DNA of 32,000 nucleotides from Candidatus Saccharimonadota bacterium (GTDB lineage Bacteria; Patescibacteriota; Gracilibacteria; UBA1369; 2-02-FULL-48-14): NCBI GenBank assembly GCA_041661045.1, contig JBAZVE010000001.1, positions 1,170,001 to 1,202,000 of the forward strand, read 5' to 3'. Shown piece by piece: positions 8,001 to 15,041 of this stretch (position 1 is its first letter; each line of letters starts with the position of its first letter). The notes under the pieces were generated by a model. It saw only the letters and a program-made list of their open reading frames with translations, ran no database searches and was not told where the DNA came from. The position numbers and the translations under genes were made by a program.

Positions 8001-8491
8001 TCGGCTTTTTCTTTTTCTGCAAGGATATTGTTGTATCTTTTCTTTGCAGATTTGAGAGTCATCTTCCACCATGCTTGTGTAGGTTCAAACTGGGCGTTAA
8101 AAATTTCATTTAACTTTTGAGTGGATTGAATTTGAACTTCTGTTTTTGCAACCTTCGTCAGTAGCATCGAATTCTGAGCCAAATCTTCCTCCTTTTCTCC
8201 GCCTTGCAGGCTTAGGAGGATCAGTTCTTCTGTCACGGCCTCTAAGGCTAGTTTAGCTTCTTTCTGTTCGTCGAGCGGTTTTTCAGCATCTATGGCTAAA
8301 ATCATTCGGAGTATTCTGTCTTTGGGTTTCTCCTGTGGTTCCTCTGTTTCTTGAATCTGATCGAGCCCGACATCGACTCCTTGACGAAGTTCTTCCAGGT
8401 CTTGGCGCATGACATCCGTTTGGCTCTTGCCATCCTCTTTATGCTCGATTTGTTGATCAGTGATTGACATAGCTACTTGAAATCTCCTCAT
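5042..8491 (-). CDS. Giant orphan membrane protein (1149 aa) with coiled-coil-like ends and glycine-zipper segments
   Basis: Longest ORF in the window. Acidic E/K/Q-rich N-terminus (aa 1-175), hydrophobic hairpin (aa 181-228), GxxxG-periodic segments at aa 507-529 (GIKAGDIKGGQIAGTAARGAVRG) and aa 836-860 (GKAVGFVVGGTASSLGGQAAW), and an E/K-rich segment at aa 960-1015. Alternative start ATG at 8470. Confidence 0.85.
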   Translation of the reverse strand: MRRFQVAMSITDQQIEHKEDGKSQTDVMRQDLEELRQGVDVGLDQIQETEEPQEKPKDRILRMILAIDAEKPLDEQKEAKLALEAVTEELILLSLQGGEKEEDLAQNSMLLTKVAKTEVQIQSTQKLNEIFNAQFEPTQAWWKMTLKSAKKRYNNILAEKEKAEKHEESDETKWMSPAVKGGLMLAAAAGAAYFFWNYFKEEEGKEENKNLVFGSILTTLGLGVLVGSEHIGKWSADYLGLDVSQDAINDLLAGKGVDSLSFSSREPGIKKAAKQLDISERTLIDLKDVKWRDFSNFRKGVGRTGKGYAQSILEAVGLDNMPAVGFDNGGETIKEEVKLESFIKRHEDKIGAGIEDMSIGEILNALEKEGVFGNPEKEDTKETSGDTQEDPLSPEAEEALTKAPHVKAAWEGMKSGDLSWDDGILEMIGGAAKDGWSMGIYNGVLFLGKLGMIIPLSSIDIVCSQFKDLIEAMSGEGEWKDVPFETEQIWWAGSYAAFNATKTLVKGIKAGDIKGGQIAGTAARGAVRGILDSYLLLPKLGVKSLSVGTEAAQDLRYWKLTAEANEPFLSPQERIHVLHKKTAYFAERYDYYFKKEQTAKRQTGFVRKYAAKAYGKLFGEKWVNKMMIKSGKQYLETRQAFLEAAGLTDDIAQISQEGIETDASDRGTLNASAKKFLTDNPTENLPKLPKYRVLNPKYKTHAEATAKGLGAKVSTKQLERLEKLGLTHERVTLRIREFEFSPQQLDQFLDELESMPNPEKTARDLETLLFKIKHPELFKSAARLSKAAGIIGTLYMLHEFQESKDKTNTYLENASMTSSFLLGGKLTAAAIPHPVGKAVGFVVGGTASSLGGQAAWNAWGRPRLQKYFPNRNELFKTTPAKGISNYLASTMSPLGALLYTADAAGLYGDGIDIETDPLDYLRQSKYIWHPDFVKEVVQGKRWWPYGDHRMHDLVDLINNAGKAAEECTEDIKDIEKEIAETKMDALETEDFEKKESLKEKEEDLLVKKAELEKELLVYQSYSDGSWIDIKKMDLLYTQQVLIIPSFELFRRLVKAKFGEEADDPFIRLMQKLQKGQEQVEGDEEMRIWQFLCDEKVETPEGEEVSFADFATLTIANYKDAQFLEEIEKSLAPNTPTPGEASPESPMQEV

Positions 8492-8518
8492 TATACCTGA
8501 AAAACTGTGTTTTTACAA
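8490..8518 (-). promoter_or_regulatory. Sigma70-like promoter in front of the giant gene
   Basis: Minus strand reads TTGTAA (8518-8513), a 17-nt spacer, then TATAAT (8495-8490), followed by GAGGAG. The -10 box overlaps the ATG at 8491, which favours the ATG at 8470 for transcripts from this promoter. Confidence 0.45.
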
Positions 8519-8522
8519 GGTA

Positions 8523-10136
8523 CTAAGAAAGTTGCTTCGTCATGTAGGCGCCTTCGAGTTCGTAGCCCCATTTGCGGTAGTAGTTGCGGGTGCCGACGCC
8601 GGCGATGATGGCGATTTTTTTGTAGCCGGCGGCTTTGGAAATTTCTTCGGCTTTTGCGATCATGCGACGGCCGAGGCCGCCGTGTTGTGAGGCGGATTTT
8701 GTGGATTTGCCTACGCGGACTTGAGCACCGTAAGTGTGGACTTCCCGCACCAAAGCGGCTCCTTCGAGCTCGGGAATGAAGTGGGGTTTGCCTTGCAAAG
8801 AATAGGAAGAGAAGCGGAGCCGTAAGAGTGAACACAGTTTATCTTCTCTGCCTAGCAGACCCTTTGGGTCCGCTTGATTGAAGCTGATGAAAAACTCCTT
8901 CCCTTCGGAGGCTTCGTATTCCAAAACTCGAAGTTCCGTTTCGTCGGGATCAAAAACATCGCCTTTGATTTCACGGCAGCGAATGCAGTGACAGACAATG
9001 CCTTCTTTTTTCATTTTATCTTGAAGAATTTGGCGCATATTGGTCATTTGACTGCCCTCCAAAATGGACTCTCCTGGAATATCGCGGAAGAGCCGTTCTA
9101 TACGGACATATTCTGGAATGTGTCGCTTCATCTCAATTAAAATATCCATCAAAACTTCATCGGAATAACTCTCATAACGGCCTTCCTTCCACCACTGTTC
9201 AAGCTCTGCGTAAGGCGTCACCACGCAGGGGTAGATTTTAAGTTGGTCGGCCTTAAAGTTTGGGTTTTGGAAAAATTCTCGAACCATCCATTTGTCTTTT
9301 TCCGGCGTGCTCCCCGGTAAATTGGGCATGAGGTGAACAGCAACTTTGAGCCCTGCATCCTTAAGGAGTTTGATGGCAGCAATCTGCTGAGCCACCGTTT
9401 CGCCGCGTTTATTGAGTTCCAAAATTTCATCATCGATCTGCTGAATGCCAATTTGTACTTTGGTGCAGCCGAGCTTCAGCATGTTTTTAATTTCATCTTC
9501 GGTGATGTGGTCCGGGCGGGTCTCCAAACTGAGACCGATGATGCGATGCTGGGCGGACTCATTGATGTGTTGAGCTTCTTTTAAGCCTCGTCCTTGCTGT
9601 GTGTTGCAGGCGTTGAATAGAGCACGAACGAAATCGCTTTGATATCGGCGGTTGTAGGCTGAAAAAGTTCCGCCCAATACAATCATTTCAATTTTATCGG
9701 TTTCGTGACCTTGACGAGTGAGGCTATCGAGCCGGGTTTTCACCTGGTCGCGGGGGTGAAAATCATCGAGAACCGCGCGCATGGCCCCCGGCTCGTTGGA
9801 AAGATAAGATTTGGGCATGCCGGGTTCTGTTGGGCAAAATACGCACTTCCCCGGGCAAGGATACGGTTTAGTGAGCACCGTGATGACGCTCACTCCGGAA
9901 AGGGTGCGAACTTTTCTTTTGCGCAGCAAGCGTTGCAGCGCCGGGTCACCCTTCCATCCCTCTTTCAACATTTCTTCATAAGCTTTTTGTAACTTAAAGT
10001 TGCTCAACAGATCAATCTCATGATCTCTGGCGTACGCTTTTTTAAGTTTGTGCAGCTCGTCCTCCGTTTGGATCTTCAGATTTGAAGCTTGTTGAATCAG
10101 TGCTTTTTGTATATCCTCGGAAGAGAGTATTTTCAT
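8523..10136 (-). CDS. elp3: Elp3-type radical-SAM / GNAT acetyltransferase (tRNA U34 carboxymethylation enzyme homologue)
   Basis: 537 aa. Radical-SAM cluster motif CPGKCVFCP, TIM-barrel-like core, and a C-terminal GNAT block (QHGGLGRRMIAKAEEISKAAGYKKIAIIAGVGTRNYYRKWGYE). Confidence 0.88.
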   Translation of the reverse strand: MKILSSEDIQKALIQQASNLKIQTEDELHKLKKAYARDHEIDLLSNFKLQKAYEEMLKEGWKGDPALQRLLRKRKVRTLSGVSVITVLTKPYPCPGKCVFCPTEPGMPKSYLSNEPGAMRAVLDDFHPRDQVKTRLDSLTRQGHETDKIEMIVLGGTFSAYNRRYQSDFVRALFNACNTQQGRGLKEAQHINESAQHRIIGLSLETRPDHITEDEIKNMLKLGCTKVQIGIQQIDDEILELNKRGETVAQQIAAIKLLKDAGLKVAVHLMPNLPGSTPEKDKWMVREFFQNPNFKADQLKIYPCVVTPYAELEQWWKEGRYESYSDEVLMDILIEMKRHIPEYVRIERLFRDIPGESILEGSQMTNMRQILQDKMKKEGIVCHCIRCREIKGDVFDPDETELRVLEYEASEGKEFFISFNQADPKGLLGREDKLCSLLRLRFSSYSLQGKPHFIPELEGAALVREVHTYGAQVRVGKSTKSASQHGGLGRRMIAKAEEISKAAGYKKIAIIAGVGTRNYYRKWGYELEGAYMTKQLS

Positions 10137-10139
10137 ATT

Positions 10140-10838
10140 ATGAAGCCTAAAGGAATCCAGAAGAAGGTTAGGGACGACTATAATACCATTGCAAAAGAAT
10201 TTTCGGAAACAAGACAGACGCTTTGGAAGGATTTTGATTTTTTTACACCTTATTTGAAGCGGGATTTTTCAGTTTTAGATCTGGGCTGTGGGAATGGGAG
10301 GCTCCTTGGTTTTTTAAAGGAGAACGGGGTCGAAGGGTATATTGGCCTCGATCAATCGGTGGAGCTTTTAAAGGAGGCTAAAAAGAACTGGCCCGGGAAG
10401 AAGTTCTTAGAGGCCGACATGAGCTCTCCCCTTCCGACTAAAAAAAAGTTCGATGCGCTTTTTGTCATCGCGGCGTTTCATCACCTTCCTCCGCAAGATC
10501 ACGAGAAAACTCTTCGGATGTGGAAAGAGCATCTCAAGCCCGGCGGCTTCCTTTTTATGATCAATTGGAACCTTCATCAAGTTCGATTTTTGCCCTTGTT
10601 TCTGCGTAGTTTGCTCTTCCCCAACTATGGATTTCGTGGAGTTTTAGTCCCTTGGAAAGATAGCGTTCGCCGCTATTATTTTGCCTTCACCCGGGCTCGA
10701 CTTGCACGACTCTTTAAGCGAAGCGGATATTCCGTTTTATTCAACGACTACACGAATGAAGGTAAGTCTGCTACCCTTTTCACAGGAAAAAACATCCTAA
10801 CGATTGCACAAAATGGACTTGATGGGCGTTCACATTGA
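10140..10838 (+). CDS. Class I SAM-dependent methyltransferase, Trm9/ALKBH8-like
   Basis: 232 aa from the ATG at 10140; the track start at 10089 is a TTG. Blocks YNTIAKEFSETRQTLW, VLDLGCGNGR, VIAAFHHL, FMINWNLHQ and VLVPW parallel the Trm9/ALKBH8 methyltransferase blocks as I recall them. The general methyltransferase call is firm; the Trm9 subfamily call is moderate. Confidence 0.65.
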   Translation: MKPKGIQKKVRDDYNTIAKEFSETRQTLWKDFDFFTPYLKRDFSVLDLGCGNGRLLGFLKENGVEGYIGLDQSVELLKEAKKNWPGKKFLEADMSSPLPTKKKFDALFVIAAFHHLPPQDHEKTLRMWKEHLKPGGFLFMINWNLHQVRFLPLFLRSLLFPNYGFRGVLVPWKDSVRRYYFAFTRARLARLFKRSGYSVLFNDYTNEGKSATLFTGKNILTIAQNGLDGRSH

Positions 10839-11586
10839 TGAACTCACGCGATCGGAAGCCCGAGCGGCTTTGGACAAACCTCAGCTGATTTTTACACCTA
10901 ATCCTGAGATTTTACTGGAGGCTAGGAAAGACCCTCGTTTTAAAAAAGCCTTAAAGAATGGCACGCTCATGCTGCCTGATGGCCATGGTCTCTTGTTGGT
11001 CAGTACACTTCTCAAGGTTGACTCTAAGCTGCTGCGAGCCTTGCTCTACCTTCCCGCATTGCTGCTTTTTCTGGTTTGGAAAAAACCTTTCAAAAAAGTT
11101 TTCCCGGAAATCATACATGGGAGTGATTTCATGCAGGATGTGATTGAGTGGAGTGAAAAAAATAAAAAAAGTGTTTTTTTTCTGGGTGGGAAACAGGGAG
11201 TTGCTCAAAAAACGGCTGAAAAATTTCAAAAGAAATATCCATACTTAAAAGTAGCGGGTTTTTCGAGTGAAGATCCGTCAAGTAAAGCGGCTGAAACTGT
11301 AAAAAGAGCGAAAGCTGAAGTGCTTCTTGTGGCTTACGGAGCGCCTAAACAGGAATACTGGATTGCAGAGTATGCTGAAGATATCCCCAATTTATTCCAC
11401 ACCATGGGAGTGGGTGGGTCTTTTGATTTTTGGAGTGGGGAAATAAAACGAGCCCCATTTTTCTTTAGAAACTTAGGGCTCGAATGGCTTTGGCGTCTCT
11501 GTCTTCAACCGATTAAAAGAGCCCGTCGCATTTACAATGCAGCGGTAAAATTTCCCCTCATCAGTCTCTTCGGCGACGAGTGTTGA
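10813..11586 (+). CDS. tagA: WecG/TagA/CpsF-family glycosyltransferase (N-acetylmannosaminyl-type transferase)
   Basis: Motifs TPNPEILLEA, LPDGHGLL, FFLGG, VAYGAPKQEYW, GVGGSFDFWSGEIKRAP and LEWLWRL. First ATG at 10813 overlaps the upstream methyltransferase by 26 nt. Confidence 0.85.
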   Translation: MDLMGVHIDELTRSEARAALDKPQLIFTPNPEILLEARKDPRFKKALKNGTLMLPDGHGLLLVSTLLKVDSKLLRALLYLPALLLFLVWKKPFKKVFPEIIHGSDFMQDVIEWSEKNKKSVFFLGGKQGVAQKTAEKFQKKYPYLKVAGFSSEDPSSKAAETVKRAKAEVLLVAYGAPKQEYWIAEYAEDIPNLFHTMGVGGSFDFWSGEIKRAPFFFRNLGLEWLWRLCLQPIKRARRIYNAAVKFPLISLFGDEC

Positions 11587-11821
11587 TCTTTTCTTCGGCA
11601 TTTCGCATGAAAGGGCCCACAAACTCGATGATGCTCTTGGTGAGTAAAAGCGGCTTGGTCACATAGGTATTCACCTTATCAACAATTTCTTTAATTTGGT
11701 CTGTTACTTTTACGGTGTCCCTAAGAATGAACATTAAATAAATCAGTGTCATGGAGAGGAAAATGGTCACCAAAGCGACGCAAACCGATAGAGTAAGAAA
11801 GAGAATATCTAGAGGTACCAT
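11561..11821 (-). CDS. Small membrane protein, DUF948-like architecture (N-terminal TM plus helical tail)
   Basis: 86 aa, with an N-terminal hydrophobic helix followed by a charged helical region. Downstream of gatB on the same strand. Confidence 0.5.
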   Translation of the reverse strand: MVPLDILFLTLSVCVALVTIFLSMTLIYLMFILRDTVKVTDQIKEIVDKVNTYVTKPLLLTKSIIEFVGPFMRNAEEKINTRRRRD

Positions 11822-11854
11822 GGCGGGGGTGGTTAGATTGTTTCTATTGTAACA

Positions 11855-13285
11855 CTAAGAGAGCAGTTTCATCAACGACTCGTTCACCAGTTTTGGATTG
11901 GCCTGACCTTTGGACTCTTTCATGGCAAGGCCCACAAGACTGCCCAAGGCCTTTTGGATGCCCGCTTTTACATCGGCGGCGGCCTGAGGATTTTGGGCGA
12001 TGGCGGCCTTACACCAGGTTTCTATTTCGGCGGAATCGTTTTTTTGACTGAGGCCCTGCTCCTCCACGATTTGCTTGGGATCTTTTCCCGTTTTCATCAT
12101 TTCGTCAAATATGGTGCTCTTTGCAATGGTGTTGGAAATCTTGCCCTCATCCACCAAGCGAATGAGCTCCGCAAGCTGATCTGCTTGAATCGCTGAATTT
12201 TCTATCCACTGGCCTTCGTCTTTGAGCCTTTTCACTAAGATTGTACCCACAAAAGATGCCGCAGCTTTGGGATTCTTAGACTTTTCCGCCACCTCTTCGA
12301 AGTACTTTGCCAAGGCAGGATCTTCCGAGAAAAATCGGGCTTCGGCCTCCCCCAAAGCAAAAGTCTGCATGAACCGCTCGTACTTCTGCATAGGAGTTTC
12401 CGGCACCAAGGTTTTCCACTCTTTAAGTTGTTCTTCTGTAATTTCCACGGGTGGAAGATCGGGTTCTGGGAAATACCGATAATCCGCTGCACTCTCTTTC
12501 TCTCTTAAAAGTTCCGTGGTTCCCCGAGTATCGTCCCAACCCACCGTTTGCTCGCTTGTGGGCACTGTTCCCGCCTCCCAAAGCTTCCCCTGTCGCTTCA
12601 CTTCATATGCGATGGCCGCTTCCAAAGATCGGAATGAATTTAAATTTTTGATTTCTGCACGAGGGTAGAGCTTCTCCTCCCCTTTGGGCCGTAGTGAAAC
12701 GGAAGCATCAAAACGCATCATTCCTTTTTCCATGTCGCAATCGGAGCTGCCGGAATGGCGTAAAAGTTGCTGAACGGTTTGTGCGTAAATGCGCGCTTCC
12801 TCCGCACTGTGCATGTCCGGATAAGATACAATTTCCATGAGCGGGCATCCGGCACGATTGAAGTCGAGGAGAGTGTCCCCTCCTGTGTGGGTGAGTTTTC
12901 CGGCGTCATTCTCCAGATGCAAGCGGAGGACTCTTATTTTCTTTTTTTCTCCATTTATCGCAATTTCCACAAAACCTTCTTTTGAAACAGGTTCGTCGTA
13001 CTGAGAAATCTGAAAACCCGGCGGGAGATCGGGGTAGAAATAATTTTTTCTGTCGAATTTTGAGAAAGAGGGAATTTCACAGTTTAGCGTGAGTGCCGCA
13101 ATGACCCCTTTTCGAACCGCCTCTTTATTGATGACGGGGAGCATGCCCGGAAAGGCCATGCAAACAGGGCAAACATTGGTGTTGGCCTCCATCCCAAAAG
13201 AATTATTTTTACACGCGCAAAACATTTTTGTTTTGGTTGAGATCTGTGCGTGGATTTCGAGACCGATTACAATTTCAAGTTCCAT
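11855..13285 (-). CDS. gatB: Asp/Glu-tRNA(Asn/Gln) amidotransferase subunit B
   Basis: 476 aa. N-terminus IGLEIHAQISTKTKMFCAC, blocks DRKNYFYPDLPPGFQISQ and NRAGCPLMEIV, and a C-terminal YqeY-like tail. Confidence 0.95.
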   Translation of the reverse strand: MELEIVIGLEIHAQISTKTKMFCACKNNSFGMEANTNVCPVCMAFPGMLPVINKEAVRKGVIAALTLNCEIPSFSKFDRKNYFYPDLPPGFQISQYDEPVSKEGFVEIAINGEKKKIRVLRLHLENDAGKLTHTGGDTLLDFNRAGCPLMEIVSYPDMHSAEEARIYAQTVQQLLRHSGSSDCDMEKGMMRFDASVSLRPKGEEKLYPRAEIKNLNSFRSLEAAIAYEVKRQGKLWEAGTVPTSEQTVGWDDTRGTTELLREKESAADYRYFPEPDLPPVEITEEQLKEWKTLVPETPMQKYERFMQTFALGEAEARFFSEDPALAKYFEEVAEKSKNPKAAASFVGTILVKRLKDEGQWIENSAIQADQLAELIRLVDEGKISNTIAKSTIFDEMMKTGKDPKQIVEEQGLSQKNDSAEIETWCKAAIAQNPQAAADVKAGIQKALGSLVGLAMKESKGQANPKLVNESLMKLLS

Positions 13286-13300
13286 GTCTTTAAATTAAGC

Positions 13301-13861
13301 CTATTTAGCGCTGGAGCGCAACAATTTTGTAAGCAGATCTTTCAGTTTGGCGTGGTCGTCGAAGCTCTGATTTTGTACAAATTTTTGTTGATGCTCCATA
13401 ATGAATCGCTCGACTTTTCGTGGAGAAGCCACGGACTCCAGAATGAGCGGCGATCCGGAGACATGGGTGATTTGGATGTTCCCAAACCTGAAAACCGTCC
13501 CCCAGAATCCTTTTGTCTCATTGGTAATTCCATCGATATTTCCATATTCAATTCTGTTTGTGGATTGGCTGAATGGAGATTCCCACTCGTAATCGATTAC
13601 AGAAAGGTTCGTGACGATCCATGCGTCCAAGTACCATTGTAAAAATCTATACGCGAAGAGTAGGGCTCCGATCACGGCCCAAGCCAGCCAAATTGCCCAG
13701 AGGGGCGGAAATAGATAATAGCCACCTGCCGGGATGAGCATTCCAAAAAACATGGCTTTGAGCAATTGGGCGTACACAATAAAGGGGTGCACATGCGCCA
13801 CCATCAAGATTTTTTCATCTTTGTCGAGTAAGCTCCGGAAGAGAATTTTATCTATGATCAT
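13301..13861 (-). CDS. Membrane protein with bacterial PH-like (YdbS/YdbT, DUF304-type) domain
   Basis: 186 aa. Two central TM helices followed by a segment (WIVTNLSVIDYEWESPFS...IEYGNIDGI...GNIQI) resembling bPH domain proteins. Confidence 0.5.
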   Translation of the reverse strand: MIIDKILFRSLLDKDEKILMVAHVHPFIVYAQLLKAMFFGMLIPAGGYYLFPPLWAIWLAWAVIGALLFAYRFLQWYLDAWIVTNLSVIDYEWESPFSQSTNRIEYGNIDGITNETKGFWGTVFRFGNIQITHVSGSPLILESVASPRKVERFIMEHQQKFVQNQSFDDHAKLKDLLTKLLRSSAK

Positions 13862-13910
13862 TGCCTCAGGTGGATTTCTTTGCTAGGCTCATTTTGCATT
13901 TTACACGACT

Positions 13911-14582
13911 ATGTCCGAAAATCCGAATAAAGATTTCAACCTTTCAAAATTTCTTCTGGACATTCTGGTGGACACCGTGATTGTTGCTGTTTTGGTGGTG
14001 ATTATCCGTCTTTTCCTTTTCGCCCCTTTTCAGGTTCACGGTCAATCTATGTGCAACACATTTAATGACTATGATGGAGAGTGTATTTCCGGAGATGGCG
14101 AGTATGTTTTGACTTCACGCCTTTCCACTTGGAATCTTTTTGGGTGGAGTCCCTCCACAATTGAACGGGGAGACATTATTATTTTTAAGGCGCCCTATTC
14201 CGAGGATGGTGATTTCTATATTAAACGGGTGATTGGGCTTCCCGGAGATCAAGTGAAAGTTGAGGATGGACTTGTGAGCGTCTTGGATGAAGATGGTGTT
14301 TATATTGAGCTGGATGAGCCCTATTTGAGTGAAGAAAATCAAGGGAACACTCAGGCTTTCCATACCAGCAGTGAGGTCTTTTCTGTCCCTGATGGCGCCT
14401 ACTTTGTGCTTGGAGACAATCGAACGCGAAGCAACGATTCCAGACGATGCTTTCAACAAACCGGCTGTACCGCCAAGACCTCTCCTTACTTAATAGAAGA
14501 TTTTATTGAAGGAGAGGTGAAGATGGTGCTCTTCCCCTTGAGCCATGTTCGCTTTGTGAAAGACTTTGATTATTCAGTTTAG
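13911..14582 (+). CDS. lepB: Signal peptidase I
   Basis: N-terminal TM helix, catalytic Ser box GQSMCNTF, YIKRVIGLPGD (catalytic Lys box), and GDNRTRSNDSR. Confidence 0.9.
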   Translation: MSENPNKDFNLSKFLLDILVDTVIVAVLVVIIRLFLFAPFQVHGQSMCNTFNDYDGECISGDGEYVLTSRLSTWNLFGWSPSTIERGDIIIFKAPYSEDGDFYIKRVIGLPGDQVKVEDGLVSVLDEDGVYIELDEPYLSEENQGNTQAFHTSSEVFSVPDGAYFVLGDNRTRSNDSRRCFQQTGCTAKTSPYLIEDFIEGEVKMVLFPLSHVRFVKDFDYSV

Positions 14583-14990
14583 TTCGTCTTTCCCACTCAG
14601 ATAAAACTCCAGAAGCATGATGAACGCCACCAACAGCAGGCCGTTCCATATTCTTAGTAGCCCGAGCATGAGCAGTGTGAGACAAATGCAGGTACATAGG
14701 CTCAAAAGTACTCCCTGCCTCAAGGAAATCAACACATGCTTTACAAAAATATAGTCGCCACTTCGCCAGCGCTTTAAAAAAAACAAAATGATAGAAAAAG
14801 ATCCGGCACAAGCCAAAAAGGTGCTCACAAAGAAAAGGGCCAAGGAAAGCCCAGTTTCTGTCCATGGATCAAGGTTCCACACCACCAGAATCCAGGCCGC
14901 CCAACTGAGCACCGTCGCTAGAGCTATGATAGATAAGATTCTAAAATGAGGAATCTCTAGTAGTTTTCTTCGGTCTTTTTCCTCAGACAT
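14574..14990 (-). CDS. Hypothetical polytopic membrane protein
   Basis: About four hydrophobic helices. The ATG at 14990 is preferred over the TTG at 15017 used by the ORF track. The 3' end overlaps lepB by 9 nt. Confidence 0.55.
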   Translation of the reverse strand: MSEEKDRRKLLEIPHFRILSIIALATVLSWAAWILVVWNLDPWTETGLSLALFFVSTFLACAGSFSIILFFLKRWRSGDYIFVKHVLISLRQGVLLSLCTCICLTLLMLGLLRIWNGLLLVAFIMLLEFYLSGKDELN

Positions 14991-15041
14991 GGTGGTGGAG
15001 TTTTTTTTGGAGTACAATCCGACTGAAGACTAGCATAATTT

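Noticed and set aside
8491-8835. 114-aa Arg-rich ORF overlapping the 3' end of elp3 in another frame
   Set aside because: The extreme Arg/Pro/Ser composition is what an out-of-frame reading of GC-rich coding sequence produces. It is fully explained by the elp3 frame.
10089-10139. TTG-initiated 17-codon N-terminal extension of the methyltransferase
   Set aside because: The extension (LNQCFLYILGREYFHI) is not methyltransferase-like and would overlap elp3 by 48 nt. The ATG at 10140 gives a natural N-terminus. Some uncertainty remains; see the finding on back-to-back starts.
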